Origin: Octopus vulgaris
Taxonomy: Eukaryota
NCBI GenBank assembly: GCA_951406725.2
Contig: OX597814.1
Coordinates: 170,500,001-170,564,000 of the forward strand
Length of the DNA: 64,000 bases
Direction of reading: 5' to 3'
Below are positions 51,790 to 64,000 of this stretch, piece by piece. The notes below the pieces were generated by a model. The model did not search any database and was not told the origin of the DNA. It saw only the letters and a program-made list of their open reading frames with translations. Position 1 is the stretch's first letter; each line of letters starts with the position of its first letter. Both the position numbers and the translations under genes were made by a program.

Positions 51790-51950
51790 CCTCTTCCTCC
51801 CTCACTTGCTTTTTTTTCACATGCAATTTAGACAAGAGAGTGTAATCAAAGGATTTACTAATGTCAAGAGCAATAGCATTAATTTCACCAAAGTTCTTAA
51901 GGTTTACAGAGCTCTGTTAAAAGACATAAAGAGAAAGTCTTTGATTAGTC
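50400..51950 (-). mobile_element. Decayed non-LTR RT relic (ALDISKSFD; SGVSQGSV) with a nested Vingi/Ingi-like 3' fragment at ~51000-51715
   Basis: The nested piece reads YSTVEYACPV..STHVKNLD...LITGCMK...LAGIGPADIR. Confidence 0.6.
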
Positions 51951-52977
51951 TTATCTACAGGAGCTATACCAATGACCATTGAGCAGGGAGAGAGAAAGAA
52001 AGAGAGTTGTGGAGGAGAACATATATGTATTGAAATATAAATAACTTAGTGCTTAGGCAAATGTAGTTGTCATTCCTCTCTAGTTAAGAGTTCAAATTTC
52101 ACTGGTACCAGTGAAATAAGTTATAACTGTTCAATTGTACTCCTTCACCTTTTTTGTCTAATGTCAACAGCAGCTGAACTCTCAACTATTCAAACTAAAT
52201 AATTATCACAAAGGTGGGATAACTCTCTGATGTAAGAAGTGATAACAGTGTAAAGTTGAGTGTTTCCTTTAGCTTGTAGTGCTGATTTCAGAGTCTCTTG
52301 TTAACTCTGCTAATAACACAGCTTTGCTTTGACTGTGTATGTGTGTGTGTGTGTGTGTGGCTACACTAGAGAGTCCTCAAAAATGATTTCAATAACTGGG
52401 AGCTTTTTAACCCAAAAGGGTACAGGGAAAAATGTTAATGGATTACATAGGAACTAAAATCAGATCCTTTACCTGGTCATTAGACCAGCTAGAAATAGCA
52501 GCTAAATACTCCTCAAATCATACACTACCATTTTATTTTTAAAAAAAAAAAAAAGGTAAAACACACTGCACAATATAGTCTTCAATACTCAAAAAGATTA
52601 GTATGGATGAAGCTTTTTAATCAAATTACAGTTTGACTATGACTGATCTTGAGATAAATGACGGCATACAAAAATATCTATGAATAAATCTATGAATAAT
52701 CATTCCAGATCTTGCTGTACACAGTGCAAATAATGATTTTTTTATTGGTTGGCAGATATAAATACTGATCAGCAAACAATTTTTTCACAAAGTATAAACA
52801 CACTTTCATCTTAAAAGGGAGGAGGTATTTTCCTCTGATACACACAACAGCAACTCATATTTTGAGTCTAAGCCAGCCTACATAAGTTAAAAATAAATAT
52901 GCGAATAATATCTCTAAGTATATCAATTTCTCAAAATGCATACACCTACACATATGCCTTATATTTATTTGTAAAGT

Positions 52978-53352
52978 CCAACCCCTCCTCAAAGCGGTAG
53001 GGTGGTGTAAACGGGCAGTGTCAGAGCTATGCTGCCGGGAACTTCAGTTCCTGGTAGGGCCACCCAAGGCGGATTGGTCTGGCACCGAGCGGTATTAGGG
53101 CCACAGCCTGGCCAACGGGGCTCTGGTGAAAATTCCAAGAGGCGTCTGATTGGCAACCGGTGGCTTCGAGGTCGTTCTGTCCCTGCATCTGTGGAGACTC
53201 CGCGGCAAACAGGGCATCCTGTCACTTGGGATATACATGCGGAATGTCGGGGACTGCTTGTGAATTCAATATTCCCACGAAACTTCTTCTATGAGAAGAA
53301 GCCGGCTCAACCCGCCCTGGGTGAATGCCATCACATGTACAAGTAAGTAAAG
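52978..53352 (+). mobile_element. Bipartite non-autonomous RTE (5' UTR joined to 3' tail)
   Basis: RTE-type leader GAGCTATGCTG..CCTGGTAGGGCCACCCAAGGC. The 3' end GAGAAGAAGCCGGCTCAA..TACAAGTAAGTA matches 24176-24214. Confidence 0.6.
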
Positions 53353-53869
53353 TATGTATGGGTTGAGGTTTCTTGTTTTTCTCAAGAGTTACTTGTGTTT
53401 TAACTCTAGATTAATGTTTCTCAACTTTTTACCTGTAGAACCGTTTGGTTCCTGTTTTACTCAGATGAATCCACATAATCATTCAATGTTTAGCCATTTA
53501 GCATTTAAATCGGCCATATCTGGCAAAATAAATCTACCTGTTTTATGTTCAAACTGGCAAGATCTGGCTTCTCCCACCAACCCTATAAGGTCATTCTAAA
53601 AATAAACAATTACATCATCAAAATCACGAAACAACAGAATAACGCTTGATTAATTGAAAACAATATGAATTAATACGAATTATTTTTGACAGAATTTTCT
53701 GAATACTAAAGGGATAAAAAACCACATTATAGTTTTATAATAATTAAATATTATTAAGAATTGCATTTTAAAAATTGCTAAAATATTTTGTATATAATAG
53801 AAGTTTAATAAATTTTTATGAATTTGTGTTGCAAGATTCCTGATGTGAAGTTGTGTGTTCAAACAAATA

Positions 53870-54080
53870 TTATACAGTTCTATATTTAAGAGATGAGGAA
53901 TTATGAACATTATTTACATTTGATAGATATTTGTCCTCATCATGGTTGTTGTCAACACAACGTTTCAGCTGATATACCCTCCAGCCTTCATCAGGTCTCT
54001 TGGGGAAATTTCAAACATGGGTTCTCATTCCTAAGGTATTTTTCGTCGTCGTCGCTGCTGTTGTTGTTATTGTTGTTCTA

Positions 54081-54135
<55 letters not shown>

Positions 54136-54999
54136 TCACTGCCTGGAATTGAACTTGGAATCTTGGAGTTAGTAGCCCACGCTCTTGACCACTACGCCAT
54201 ATGCCCGTGGGCATTCTCACCATCCATATAGTGTAAAGAGAGGGATTGCTCAGTGCCTAAAACATTGAGCAAAGAATATAAGTAGCGATCGTAATATACA
54301 CCACGAAGAAATGATCAAGCTCAATAACAATCTATTAAGCAACAACTACACCAAAAACAGACTATCCACTCCAATTATGAAGTGAAGAGAGGATGAAACC
54401 AATAGACTATCCACAGTCTGTCTACCCTATGTGAAAGGCCTCTCCGAAAAGATACAAAAGATATGCGGCCCATATGACATCAGGACAGCATTCAAGAGTA
54501 ATATAACACTTCGCAAGTATCTCCTTCGAGTAAAACCACCAACAGAAGAGAATATGACCAAAGACTGCATGTACTCCATCCCATGCAGCTGTGGTAGGTA
54601 ATACAAAGGTGAAACATGCTGCCCCCTCAAAATAAGCGTAGAGGAAATTCGTTAAGTTATGACATGAGGAGATATTGATAAATCGGGTATAGTTGATCAT
54701 GTATGGAAAAATGGAGATCACCTCCCCCTGTGGGATGAAGTTAAAATAATAGACAGAGAACACCACTGGAAAATACGAAAACTAAAAGAAGCAGCATATG
54801 CTAGGACACAACAACCTCCTAAGCAGACCGAGTGCAGATATGAGCAGCATATGGGAACCGGTATTAAGGAAGGATAGAAAAATATTAGATTTATAAGCCC
54901 TAAAATTCACTCCATAATTGCCCATGGGCATATGTCGTAGTGGTTAAGAGCTTGGGCTACAAACCCCAAGATTCCAAGTTTGATAACAGGCAGTGACCT
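53870..54999 (+). mobile_element. Penelope-like 3' fragment (GIY-YIG) with inverted 5' terminal repeat
   Basis: VCLPYVKGLSEKIQKIC...MYSIPCSCGR*YKGET...DHVWKNGDH..WDEVKIIDREHHWKIRKLKEA. 54133-54213 is inverted at 54919-54999. Confidence 0.88.
53954..53999 (-). ncRNA. Type I hammerhead motif
   Basis: Reverse complement: GAGAC-CTGATGA-A-GGCTG..CAGCT-GAAAC-GTT-GTGTT. One mismatch in stem I. Confidence 0.7.
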
Positions 55000-56085
55000 C
55001 ATCCTCATCATCATCATCATTTAACGTCTGCTTTCCACGCTGGCATGGGTTGGAGGACTGGTGAGCCAGATGGCAGCACCAGGCTCCAATTTGATCTGGC
55101 AGAGTTTCTACAGCTGGATGCCCTTCCTAATGCCAACCACTCTGTGAGTGTCGTGGGTGCTTTTATGTGCCACTAGCATGAGGGCCAGTCAGGCAGTACT
55201 GGCGACGGCCATGCTCAAATGGTGTTTTTTATGTGCCACCTGCACAGGAGCTAGTCCAGTGGCACTGGCAACGACCTCACTCAAATGTTGTTTTTCTCAT
55301 GTGCCAGTAAGGCGATGCTGGTAATTATCACACTCGAATGGTGCTTTTTATGTGTCACCAGCACAGGAACCAGTCAGTAGCCCTGGCAACCATCACACTA
55401 GGATGGTGCTTTAAGTTCCGCTAGCACAGGTGCCAGTCAGGTGATGCTGTCATGGGCCATGTCAGCGAATTTGATTTTGATTGTAATTTCACTTGCCTTA
55501 ACAAGGTATTTGCAAGCAAAGTTTAGTGTCCAGCGAAAGAAAAGTACTCATAAGTAGGCTGGTTACACTGCTGGCATAGGCCACGGGTTATGGTCTCACT
55601 TGGCTTGCTGGGTCTTCTCAAGCACAGCATATTTCCAAAGGCCTCGGTCGCTAGTCATTTCCTCTGTGAGGCCCAATGTTTGAAGGTCATGCTTCACCAC
55701 CTCATCCCAGGTCTTCCTGGGTCTACCTCTTCCACAGATTCCCTCAACTGCTAGGGTGTGACACTTTTTCACACAGCTGTCCGCATCCATACACACCACA
55801 TGACCATACCAGCACAGTCGTCTCTCTTGCACACCACATCTGATGCTTCTTCAGTTGAACTTTTCTCTCAAGGCACTTACATTCTGTTGTGTATGCACAC
55901 TGACATTACACATCCAGCGGAGCATACTGGCTTCATTCCTTGCTAGTTTACGCATGTCTTCAGCAGTCACAGCCCATCTTTCACTGCCATGTAGCATGGC
56001 TGTTTGTACACATGCATCATATAGTCTACCTTTTACTCTGAGTGAGAGATCGTTTGTCACCAGCAGAGGTAGGAGTTTGAGTAAA
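55000..56085 (-). mobile_element. 5'-truncated RTE-clade LINE
   Basis: LSLRVKGRLYDACV..MLHGSE.W...MLRWMC...ERRL.WYGHV...GRGRPRKTW; repetitive 3' UTR and (GAT)n tail. Confidence 0.92.
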
Positions 56086-57452
56086 ACCAGCAAATGAAAC
56101 AGATTCAGCTTTCATTACCTCTAGTTTTACCATTGTTGATGAAATAAGTTATAATAAGAGTGTGTCTCCTTTGGTAACCTTGATCGCTAGAAATAGCAGC
56201 CAAATATCTTTTAAATCACATACTACCACAGATCTTTCTCATATAGTACTCCATGTTACATCAGTATGCCACAGATCTTTCAAAGCTTAATTTAAGATTT
56301 TAGATAATCTTCACTAATGCTTGAGCTTCTAGAAAAATATGTTATTAGATACATTATTAATAGTTTTGTTATACATGAATATGATAAAAAATAAGCAAGC
56401 AATAATTTTCAATATTTTCCTGATTTTGTCTTATGTTCTAATGATTCTGCCAGTTGGTCACTTTACAAGTTCTTTGAATTTGATTGAAAAAATTGAAGTC
56501 CTTCCTTGATAAAAGAATCAGTACAGGAAAAGGATGGGTCAGCAAAAATGGTACAATAGCATTTTGTTTCATTCCTTTACATCTTGAGTTCAAATCCCAT
56601 TAAAACATTTTTTCTCGTCTTCAAGAAATCAATAGAATAATTACCAGTCAAATACCAGGGTTGGTCCATCGAATGTTTCCTCTCCTCAAAACTATGTCCT
56701 TGTTCTTACCTCAGAAGCTGGTACTTAATTCTTGAGTATGGTAAGCATTGATGAGTAATAAGGAAACTCTCAATGCCATTTCCATTCTCATTTGAAACCC
56801 ATTAATTTCCTGTATACTCCTTGTGCCCTCAAGAAAGGTATGATGACCAAACTTTAGATTCCCTAGCTCTCTCAACCTTTAGTACACTGCATTTGCTCTG
56901 GAATTGTTTTTCCTGCCACTGCCCTGTTACTACAGGGGAGAAAACTCATATGGTGACATGATACACCTACAGTGTGCTAAAAATTAAACTTACAAGATTT
57001 GTGCTCAGTCAAAAGAAATAAATATTTTTAATGCTTAAATGAAACAAATCATTCTCGCACTTCCTTAAACTTATGATATTATCCTTTCCTTTTACATAAT
57101 GAGTTTATAGCATTAACTATGATATTCCTTAATATTATGAAATATGACAGGAATAAACAGCTCAGAGATGATTTGTAATTCACTTAATTATACATATGTA
57201 AATTTACATAAATGTCATTTAACTCTATATTACTTCTGTCTTGTCATAATTTAAAAATATGCTGTAGTAGCTGGTACATGATCATGTGACTTGTATCTGA
57301 ACAGTGTGCTCACAGCAAGGGTGGGCAAAGACACGTGAAAAGTATTCATGAATCCTTTGAACCATCAGGTAGTTGTTGAAGCACTGCTGACGACTTTGTC
57401 TTCAAGTAAAATGCCTTGATGTAATTCCTTCTTCAGGTATAATTGAAATCCT

Positions 57453-57692
57453 TTTAGCTTGACAAAGTCCATTTCTCTCCAAGCTGAACTGAACTTCTTT
57501 AAGTTTGGTGGAATCTCTCTCTCCCTCTCTAAACTGAACCAAAATCTATTCAGCTTGGTGGAAGGCATTTCCCTCTAAGCTAACCTAAAGTCCATTGAAT
57601 TTGGTAGAGTTCATCACCCTCCAAGATGAACTGATCTTTATTGAATTTGGTGGGATCCATTTTCTCTAGGCTAAATTTAACTTCATTCAGCT
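57453..57692. repeat. Degenerate ~46-bp minisatellite (about 5 units)
   Basis: Recurring (G/A)(C/T)TTGGTGG/AG..TCCATTT.CTCT/CCAAGCT.AA. Confidence 0.65.
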
Positions 57693-59617
57693 ATGTTCAC
57701 ATAAAAACATTTAATATTGAACTACAAATTAGCATGACACATCAATTTTACAATGATCTCATGACTTTGAGAAGCTGAAATTGCCCAATTCTATGCTACC
57801 TCTTTCTAGTTAACTTCTAGCTGACTTCCTATTCAGTTTTAGTCCATGGCCAATTTCAAATATCTGATAGAAGCATTGTAATTCACATATATTACCAGGA
57901 CACTTAGGTAAAGCTTGAATATCACAATATCTTACTCAACTGTTCTCTTAAAAACGTAGGGGTTTTGTGTCAAATAAAATTCAATATTTATATTTGTTTA
58001 TCTCATGCTGTGTGATCAAGAGGTATAGTACCTGGTGAATTGAATTCATGCTCTTTCAATTCCTGGCTGAATGCTTTTTCAATTCACTTTTGTTGCTAAA
58101 ATATTTGAGGCAAGCATGAAGGACACACAACTCTTCATTGTCCTCCATGTTTTGTTCTTAGTGAGAAATGAAACTGATGTTTACCTTAAGTTAGATTTAT
58201 TCTTCAATTATCCTTGAAAGCAATAAACCCCGTTGATCTCAGGGCCATTGACTGGCTCCTGTGCTGGTGGCGTGTAAGAAGCACCATTCAAGCATGGTCA
58301 TTACCAGCGTCGCCTTACTGGCTCCTGTGCAGGTGGCACATAAAAAACACCATTTGAGCATGGCCGTCACCAGTACCACCTGACTGGCCCTCATACCAGT
58401 GGAACATAAAAGCACCCACTACACTCTCGGAGTGGTTGGCATTAGGAAGGGCATCCAGCTGTAGAAACTCTGCCAGATCAAATTGGAACCTTGTGCAGCC
58501 ATCTAGCTCACCAGTCCTCAGTCAAACCATCCAACCCATGCCAGCATGGAAAGCGTACATTAAACAATGATGATGATGATGAGCACAAATCCAGTAAATT
58601 TAAGAGAGCAAGGTATTCTAAATTTTGGTCAATATACCTTTTTTGAGTGCATAATGAGTGTAAAAGAAATTAATGGGTTTCAAATGAGAATGGAAATGCA
58701 TTGAGAGTTTACCTGTTGTTCTTTGATGCTTGACATACTCAAGAACCATAAAGAATTTAATCGTAACTCTCACAGACATATGTAATTTACTCCTGATATT
58801 ATTGAACACAGCAAATAATTTTACATAATTTTTATTTTCTTCAAATGTTGTTAACAAAAATCTTAAGATGCATTTACACACACACACACACACACACACA
58901 AATGCACAGTCATCAAAAAGAAAGACTACGGAATGTTTCATCAAATTATTGATCTTTGCTATAAATGCACACCTATACATCCATATCTCTTCAAAAAGAG
59001 GATTATTCTCAATCTTTTATGCTTTGACCAGTTTTTCCTCATGTCGCTATCATCATCATTAAACTTCATTCTTGAAATAACTTCAGAAAATCTTAACGTT
59101 GAACAAAGAGAATTTTCAGCCTAAAATACTGGAACCAAACCTTTCTGTAAAATCACAATTCCGTGCGTCAAAGAAAATAAGAACGAAAAAGCAGAAACAA
59201 AAACAGAGGCAAAAATTCACGCCAGAAACATGAAAATGGCATCTATATTTAGATTGGCTTCCATATTTAAAGGCTTCACTTAATTCTTCTGTTTATAGAA
59301 ATTGTAAATTTTGCGAACGAAATAAATTCTTGAAGATTTCGATTAATGTTGAGATTTGTTCAAATCAAGTAGCAACTACTTGACAAGAGACAAAACTAGA
59401 TTTCTGTTGAAGGCTTCCTTCTGTTAGCATATTGTTTAGCACTTCAGATCTTTACATGGTTTGTTTTAACCATCGTGTCTAAGGCCATGCTGGAACACTG
59501 CATAGTGTTATAACAGATGTGGGTTGGAATTGTGAATGGATAGGCAAACAGTACAGGTGTGGCTATATGGTTAAGAAGCTTGTTTCCAGGCTCCTCATTC
59601 CTTAAGAAGTGTTTCAT

Positions 59618-60177
59618 TAATCTTGTCCAGGATATTAATTGTCTGGAAACTGTTCAGTGACGTGCAACCATGTGAATACCCTCCATCAGGCATTTGCCAT
59701 ATTCTGAACACTTTACTTCCCTGGGCATGGATACATTGAAACTCCGACGTCTGGCAGCTGACTTGGCAGACACCCATAAAATTATTAACCATCTTACTAA
59801 CAATAACTCTGAGCACCTTTTCAAACTCCACCTGTCTAACACCTGCGGACATATTTACAAAGTCAGAAAACAGCACAGCTCCCGTGACTGTCGGAAACAT
59901 TTTTTCACGCTAAGAGTTACTGAAGTATGGAACAAACTGCCGGCATCAGTTGTTAGTTTGTCAGAGCACTGCATCCTTCAAAACTTCCATGCTTCCTGAG
60001 ATTCGCCAACACTACACCTGATTTTCTCCCCTCCATACGCACACAAGCATGTATCTGACTCATACACTGTTCACTCTCCAGACATTTGTACATTACTGCA
60101 TATGCTTTATACGCACTTTTGACAAGTTGTGGTGCACCTGAGCACTGTATACAATAATTTCATTATTATTATTATTT
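59618..60177 (+). mobile_element. CR1-clade LINE 3' end
   Basis: DINCLETVQ.RAT...LPYSE...TLKLRRL.ADL...GHIYK...RKHFF.LRV..VWNKLP; (ATT)n tail. Confidence 0.92.
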
Positions 60178-60633
60178 AATTTTTGCACCCTTACTAATGT
60201 ACTATCACATTTCAAAAAAAAGAACGTCAATTTCCCAATTAATTATTATTTTTTGTAATCGAATCACATATAATACTGTGGCACAATATAGTTATTAATG
60301 TGTGGAATAGATTTTAAAGTTATTTTTAGGGTAAGTTAATAATTTTAATTTGCAAAGCAATCTTAATAAAGTATTATCTTTTTCTCTTTGTCACACTCAC
60401 TGAAACACCATCATGCACACACTGAGGCTGAGGGCACCTCAGCTTGGGAACATTTGGTGTTGGACAACATTATGCAATTTGCTTTTTCCATATTGAAGTC
60501 AGCATGATCTGATTTGCAGAAGATTAGGTTGTTATTTCTTGCAGGCTGTGTGACCACATAGATACTATCTTTCTGTGTTCATATGCCAGCTGTTGTAGTT
60601 GTTGTTTAGCTCCCAGGCCACCCTGTAATATTG

Positions 60634-60787
60634 GCATAGCTGTGTGGTAAGAAGTTTGCTTCTCAACCATATGGTTCCAGGTTCAGTCCCACTGTATGGT
60701 ACCCAGGCAAGTTTCTGCTGCTAAAGCCTGGGGCCGACCAAAGCCATGTGCGTGGATTTGGTTGATAGAACTTAAGGCAGCCTGATG

Positions 60788-60829
<42 letters not shown>

Positions 60830-61076
60830 GTGTGTGTGTGTGTCTTTGTGTAAGTGCTTGTTCCTCCCCACCACCACTACCACCATTGCTTGACAACTGG
60901 TGTTGGTTTGTTTACACACCATTAACTTAGTGGTTTGGTAAAAGGGAACAACAGAATAAGTATATCAGGCTTAAAAAATAAGTACAGGGGTCAATTTGTT
61001 AAACTAAATCCTCCAAGGCAGTGCTCCAGCATGGTCACAATCCAATCACTGAAACTAGTGAAAAATAAAAGATAAA
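60634..61076 (+). mobile_element. GGCTGTGTGGTAAG-family SINE
   Basis: Family match. Confidence 0.85.
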
Positions 61077-61159
61077 ATTTATTGAACATCTTTGATCCTT
61101 GACCTTTGGAACAAAATCAAAGCGGCTTGTACAAATAAAAACATGATTCTACATAAGAA

Positions 61160-62120
61160 ACTGCTAAGGTTAATTAAAATGACTTAACGACCATTTTATA
61201 GTATATTCCATTAACATAAAACATTATATTTAAGAATTTTGGTAGACATTCAGGGATTCCAGTATTGTGTACACTTAGTGCATAAACAATTGTTTAGGCG
61301 TCCACAAGGAAGCCTATAATTACTGGTTTTAAATTTTGGCACAAAGCCAGCAATTTCAGGGAGTGGGGCAAGTTCATCATCATCGTTTAACATTCGTTTT
61401 CCATGCTAGCATGGGTTGGACGGTTCAACTGGGGTCTGGGAAGCCAGAAGGCTGCACCAGGCCCATTCTGATCTGGCAGTGTTTCTACAGCTGGATGCCC
61501 TTCCTAATGCCAACCACTCCGAGAGTGTAGTGGGTGCTTTTTATGTGCCACCTGCACAGGTGCCAGACGAGGCTGGCAACGGCCACAATCGGATGGGGCT
61601 TTTTATGTGCCACCGGCATGGAGGCCAGTCGGGGCAGAGCTGGCAACGGCCACATTTGGATGGTTCTCTTACGTGCTACTGGCACTGGTATCTCAGCTAC
61701 AATTTCCATTGATGTTGAACGATTTTAATTTTGATTTCGATTACATTAACCCCAATATTCAACTGGTACTTACTTTATTGACCATAAAGGGGATGAAAGG
61801 CAAAGTTGACCTTGATTGAATTCTAACTCTAAACATAAAGACAGACAAAATGCTGCTAAGCATTTTGTCTAGCAGAATAATGATTCTGCCAGCTTGTTTT
61901 TCTAGAAGCCTGTAATTATTAAGATTAATTAAAATGACTTAATGACCGTTTTATAGCTATTTCATAAGCATTAGAATTTTTATAGATATTTGGGGATTCC
62001 AGTATTGTTTATACATGGCGTATAAACAATACTTTAGGAGCCCAAGAAGAAGCATGTGATTACTAAGATTAATTAAAGTGACTTAATAGCCATTTTATTA
62101 TATGTTATATAAACATAAAA
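61160..62120. repeat. Degenerate ~145-160-bp tandem repeat interrupted by SINE/RTE insertions
   Basis: TAAG(G/A)TTAATTAAA(A/G)TGACTTAA at ~61164, 61920 and 62064. Confidence 0.75.
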
Positions 62121-62332
62121 AGGGTCAACATGCAGTTTAGAGGTTTTAAATAAAACAAAAGTAAATTGACTGGAAGTGATGCCAGTATCATCTCATAATT
62201 CCATAAAAAAGAACGCGAGAACATAAAGAAAATTGCTGAAATCCCTTAATTTTATTTACAGAATTCTTTCATTATGCAGCTTCCACAAGCTCCAACTAAT
62301 ACAGTGTCTTTAATAATGTTTTAAGTATTTCA

Positions 62333-62904
62333 AGGCAGTGAGCACGCCAGGTGAAACGCATAGTGGTATTTCGTCTGCCTTTGCGTTCTGAGTTCAAATT
62401 CTGCTGAGGTTAACTTTGCCTTTCATCCTTTTGGGGGTCGATAAATTAAGTACCAGTTATGCACTGGGGTCGATGTAATCGACTTAATACCTATGTCTGT
62501 CCTTGTTTGTCCCCTCTGTGTTTAGCCCCTTGTGAGTAATAAAGAAATAGGTATTTCGTCTGCCTTTGTGTTCTGAGTTCAAATTCTGCTGAGGTTAACT
62601 TTGCCTTTCATCCTTTTGGGGTCGATAAATTAAGTACCAGTTATGCACTGGGGTCAATGTAATCGACTTAATCTCTTTGCCTGTCCTTGTTTGCCCCTCT
62701 ATGTTTAGCCCCTCGTGGGCAGTAAAGAAATAGGTATTTCGTCTACCTTTGCATTCTGAGTTCAGATTCTGCCGAGGTCAGCTTTGCCTTTTATCCTTTT
62801 GGGGTCGATAAATTAAGTACCAGTTGTGTACTGGAGTCGATCTAATCAACTGGCCCCCTTTCCAAAAGTTTCTGGCCTTGTGCCAAGAGGAGAAAAGAAT
62901 ATTC
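62333..62904 (+). mobile_element. Trimeric tRNA-derived SINE under a single TSD
   Basis: Bodies start GTATTTCGTCT at 62366, 62551 and 62734. TSD TAAGTATTTCA at 62322 and 62905. Confidence 0.9.
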
Positions 62905-63664
62905 TAAGTATTTCAGAAAAAGCTGCCAAGGTACACTATTCCAATGTAATACACTCAGCAATACACACCACAGTGAAAGCAATACATTGGCTTGCATGTC
63001 AATGCATGGAAGTCAATACAGTTACATATAAACAATGCTATAACCCTGCATGACAAATGAGCTGTACAGAGGGAACCAACAGGAAGTAGTGTTGCTGTTC
63101 CGGTTGATTCTCATTCTATACATTGGTTATGCTACTAGATAATTTACATGAAATTATCAGATTTTCATTGTTGTAACCTGTGGTCATTTTACTGTCATAA
63201 TCATCATCATCATTTAATGTCTGTTTTGCATGCTGGCATGGGTTGGATGGTTTGACAGAATTTGACCAGCTGGAGAGCTGCCTGGGTCCTATTTGTCTTT
63301 CAGCATGGTTATGATGCCCTTCCTAATGTAAATCACTTTACAGTAGTGTGGTAGGTGCTTTTATGTGGCACTGACATACTCTTTTACTTGTTTCAGTCAT
63401 TTGACTGTGGCCATGCTGGAGCACTTCCTTTAGTCAAGCACATTGACCCCAGGACTTATTCTTTGTAAGCCTAGTACTTATTCTGTCGGTCTCTTTTGCT
63501 GAACCGCTAAGTTATGGGGATGTAAACACACCAGCATCGGTTGTCAAGCGATGTTGAGGGGACAAACACAGACACACAAACATATACACATACACACATA
63601 TACATACATATACAATTGACAAACTTGTTTATATGACTGGTGTGTCCTGGAACCCCTGCCAATG

Positions 63665-64000
63665 TATTTTGAGTGAGGAATTGCAAATGAAAAGAGTTGC
63701 AGCCAAATTTGTGCTTTGTTTGTTCACAGGAGATCAAAAGTAGTCACACCTCAGTGCATGTTGTGAACAGAAAGAACAGTCAGAAGTTGATCTGGACATT
63801 TTTATGAAGGTCATCACTGGTGATGAAAGCTGCTGCCATGCCTACAACCCGGAAATGAAGCAGCAATCAAGTCAATGGAAACAATTAATGTCACCACGAC
63901 CCCAAAAAGAACGTCAAGTGAAGTCTAATGCCAAGACAATACTAGTTTGTTTCATCAATGTGAAAGGAATTGTCCGCATAGAATTTCTTCCTCTTGGTCA
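63665..64000 (+). mobile_element. Mariner transposase fragment (runs off the window)
   Basis: MKRVAAKFV...KVITGDESCCHAYNPEMKQQSSQWK...SPRPQK.RQVKSNAKTILVCF. Confidence 0.88.

Noticed and set aside
55150-55460. Spaced repeats (GGTGCTTTTTATGTGCCAC) superficially like a CRISPR array
   Set aside because: The spacers are related to each other, the region is the RTE 3' UTR, the context is eukaryotic and there are no cas genes.
58713-59120. Two exon-like open segments on the minus strand
   Set aside because: Splice phases are incompatible (1 versus 2) and no protein similarity is recognisable.

Overview
This is AT-rich, repeat-saturated eukaryotic DNA, most likely octopus/coleoid cephalopod. That call is inferred from the tRNA-derived SINE families, the dense (TA)n/(TACA)n/(GATA)n tracts and the TE mix. 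No host protein gene can be called confidently, and the only clear cellular gene is a tRNA-Gln(CTG) at 38866-38937 (-). The rest is nested mobile DNA: a head-to-tail Tx1/L1-like array with an ORF1-only element, three Penelope-like elements, mariners, Helitrons, hAT MITEs, GGATC-ended foldback MITEs carrying telomere-like repeats, RTE, CR1, R4/Dong and Vingi fragments, solo LTRs and many SINEs. Most notable observations: (1) a Penelope GIY-YIG nuclease split by a ~180-codon Asn/Ser-rich in-frame insert that only appears after removing two SINEs; (2) a 397-bp-period, hammerhead-containing partial tandem repeat (retrozyme-like); (3) several other type I hammerhead motifs, including a twin-ribozyme palindrome and one downstream of a tRNA-like Pol III module; (4) the ORF1-only Tx1 array with a recurring junction motif. 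All calls were made by eye; family names and novelty need database confirmation.
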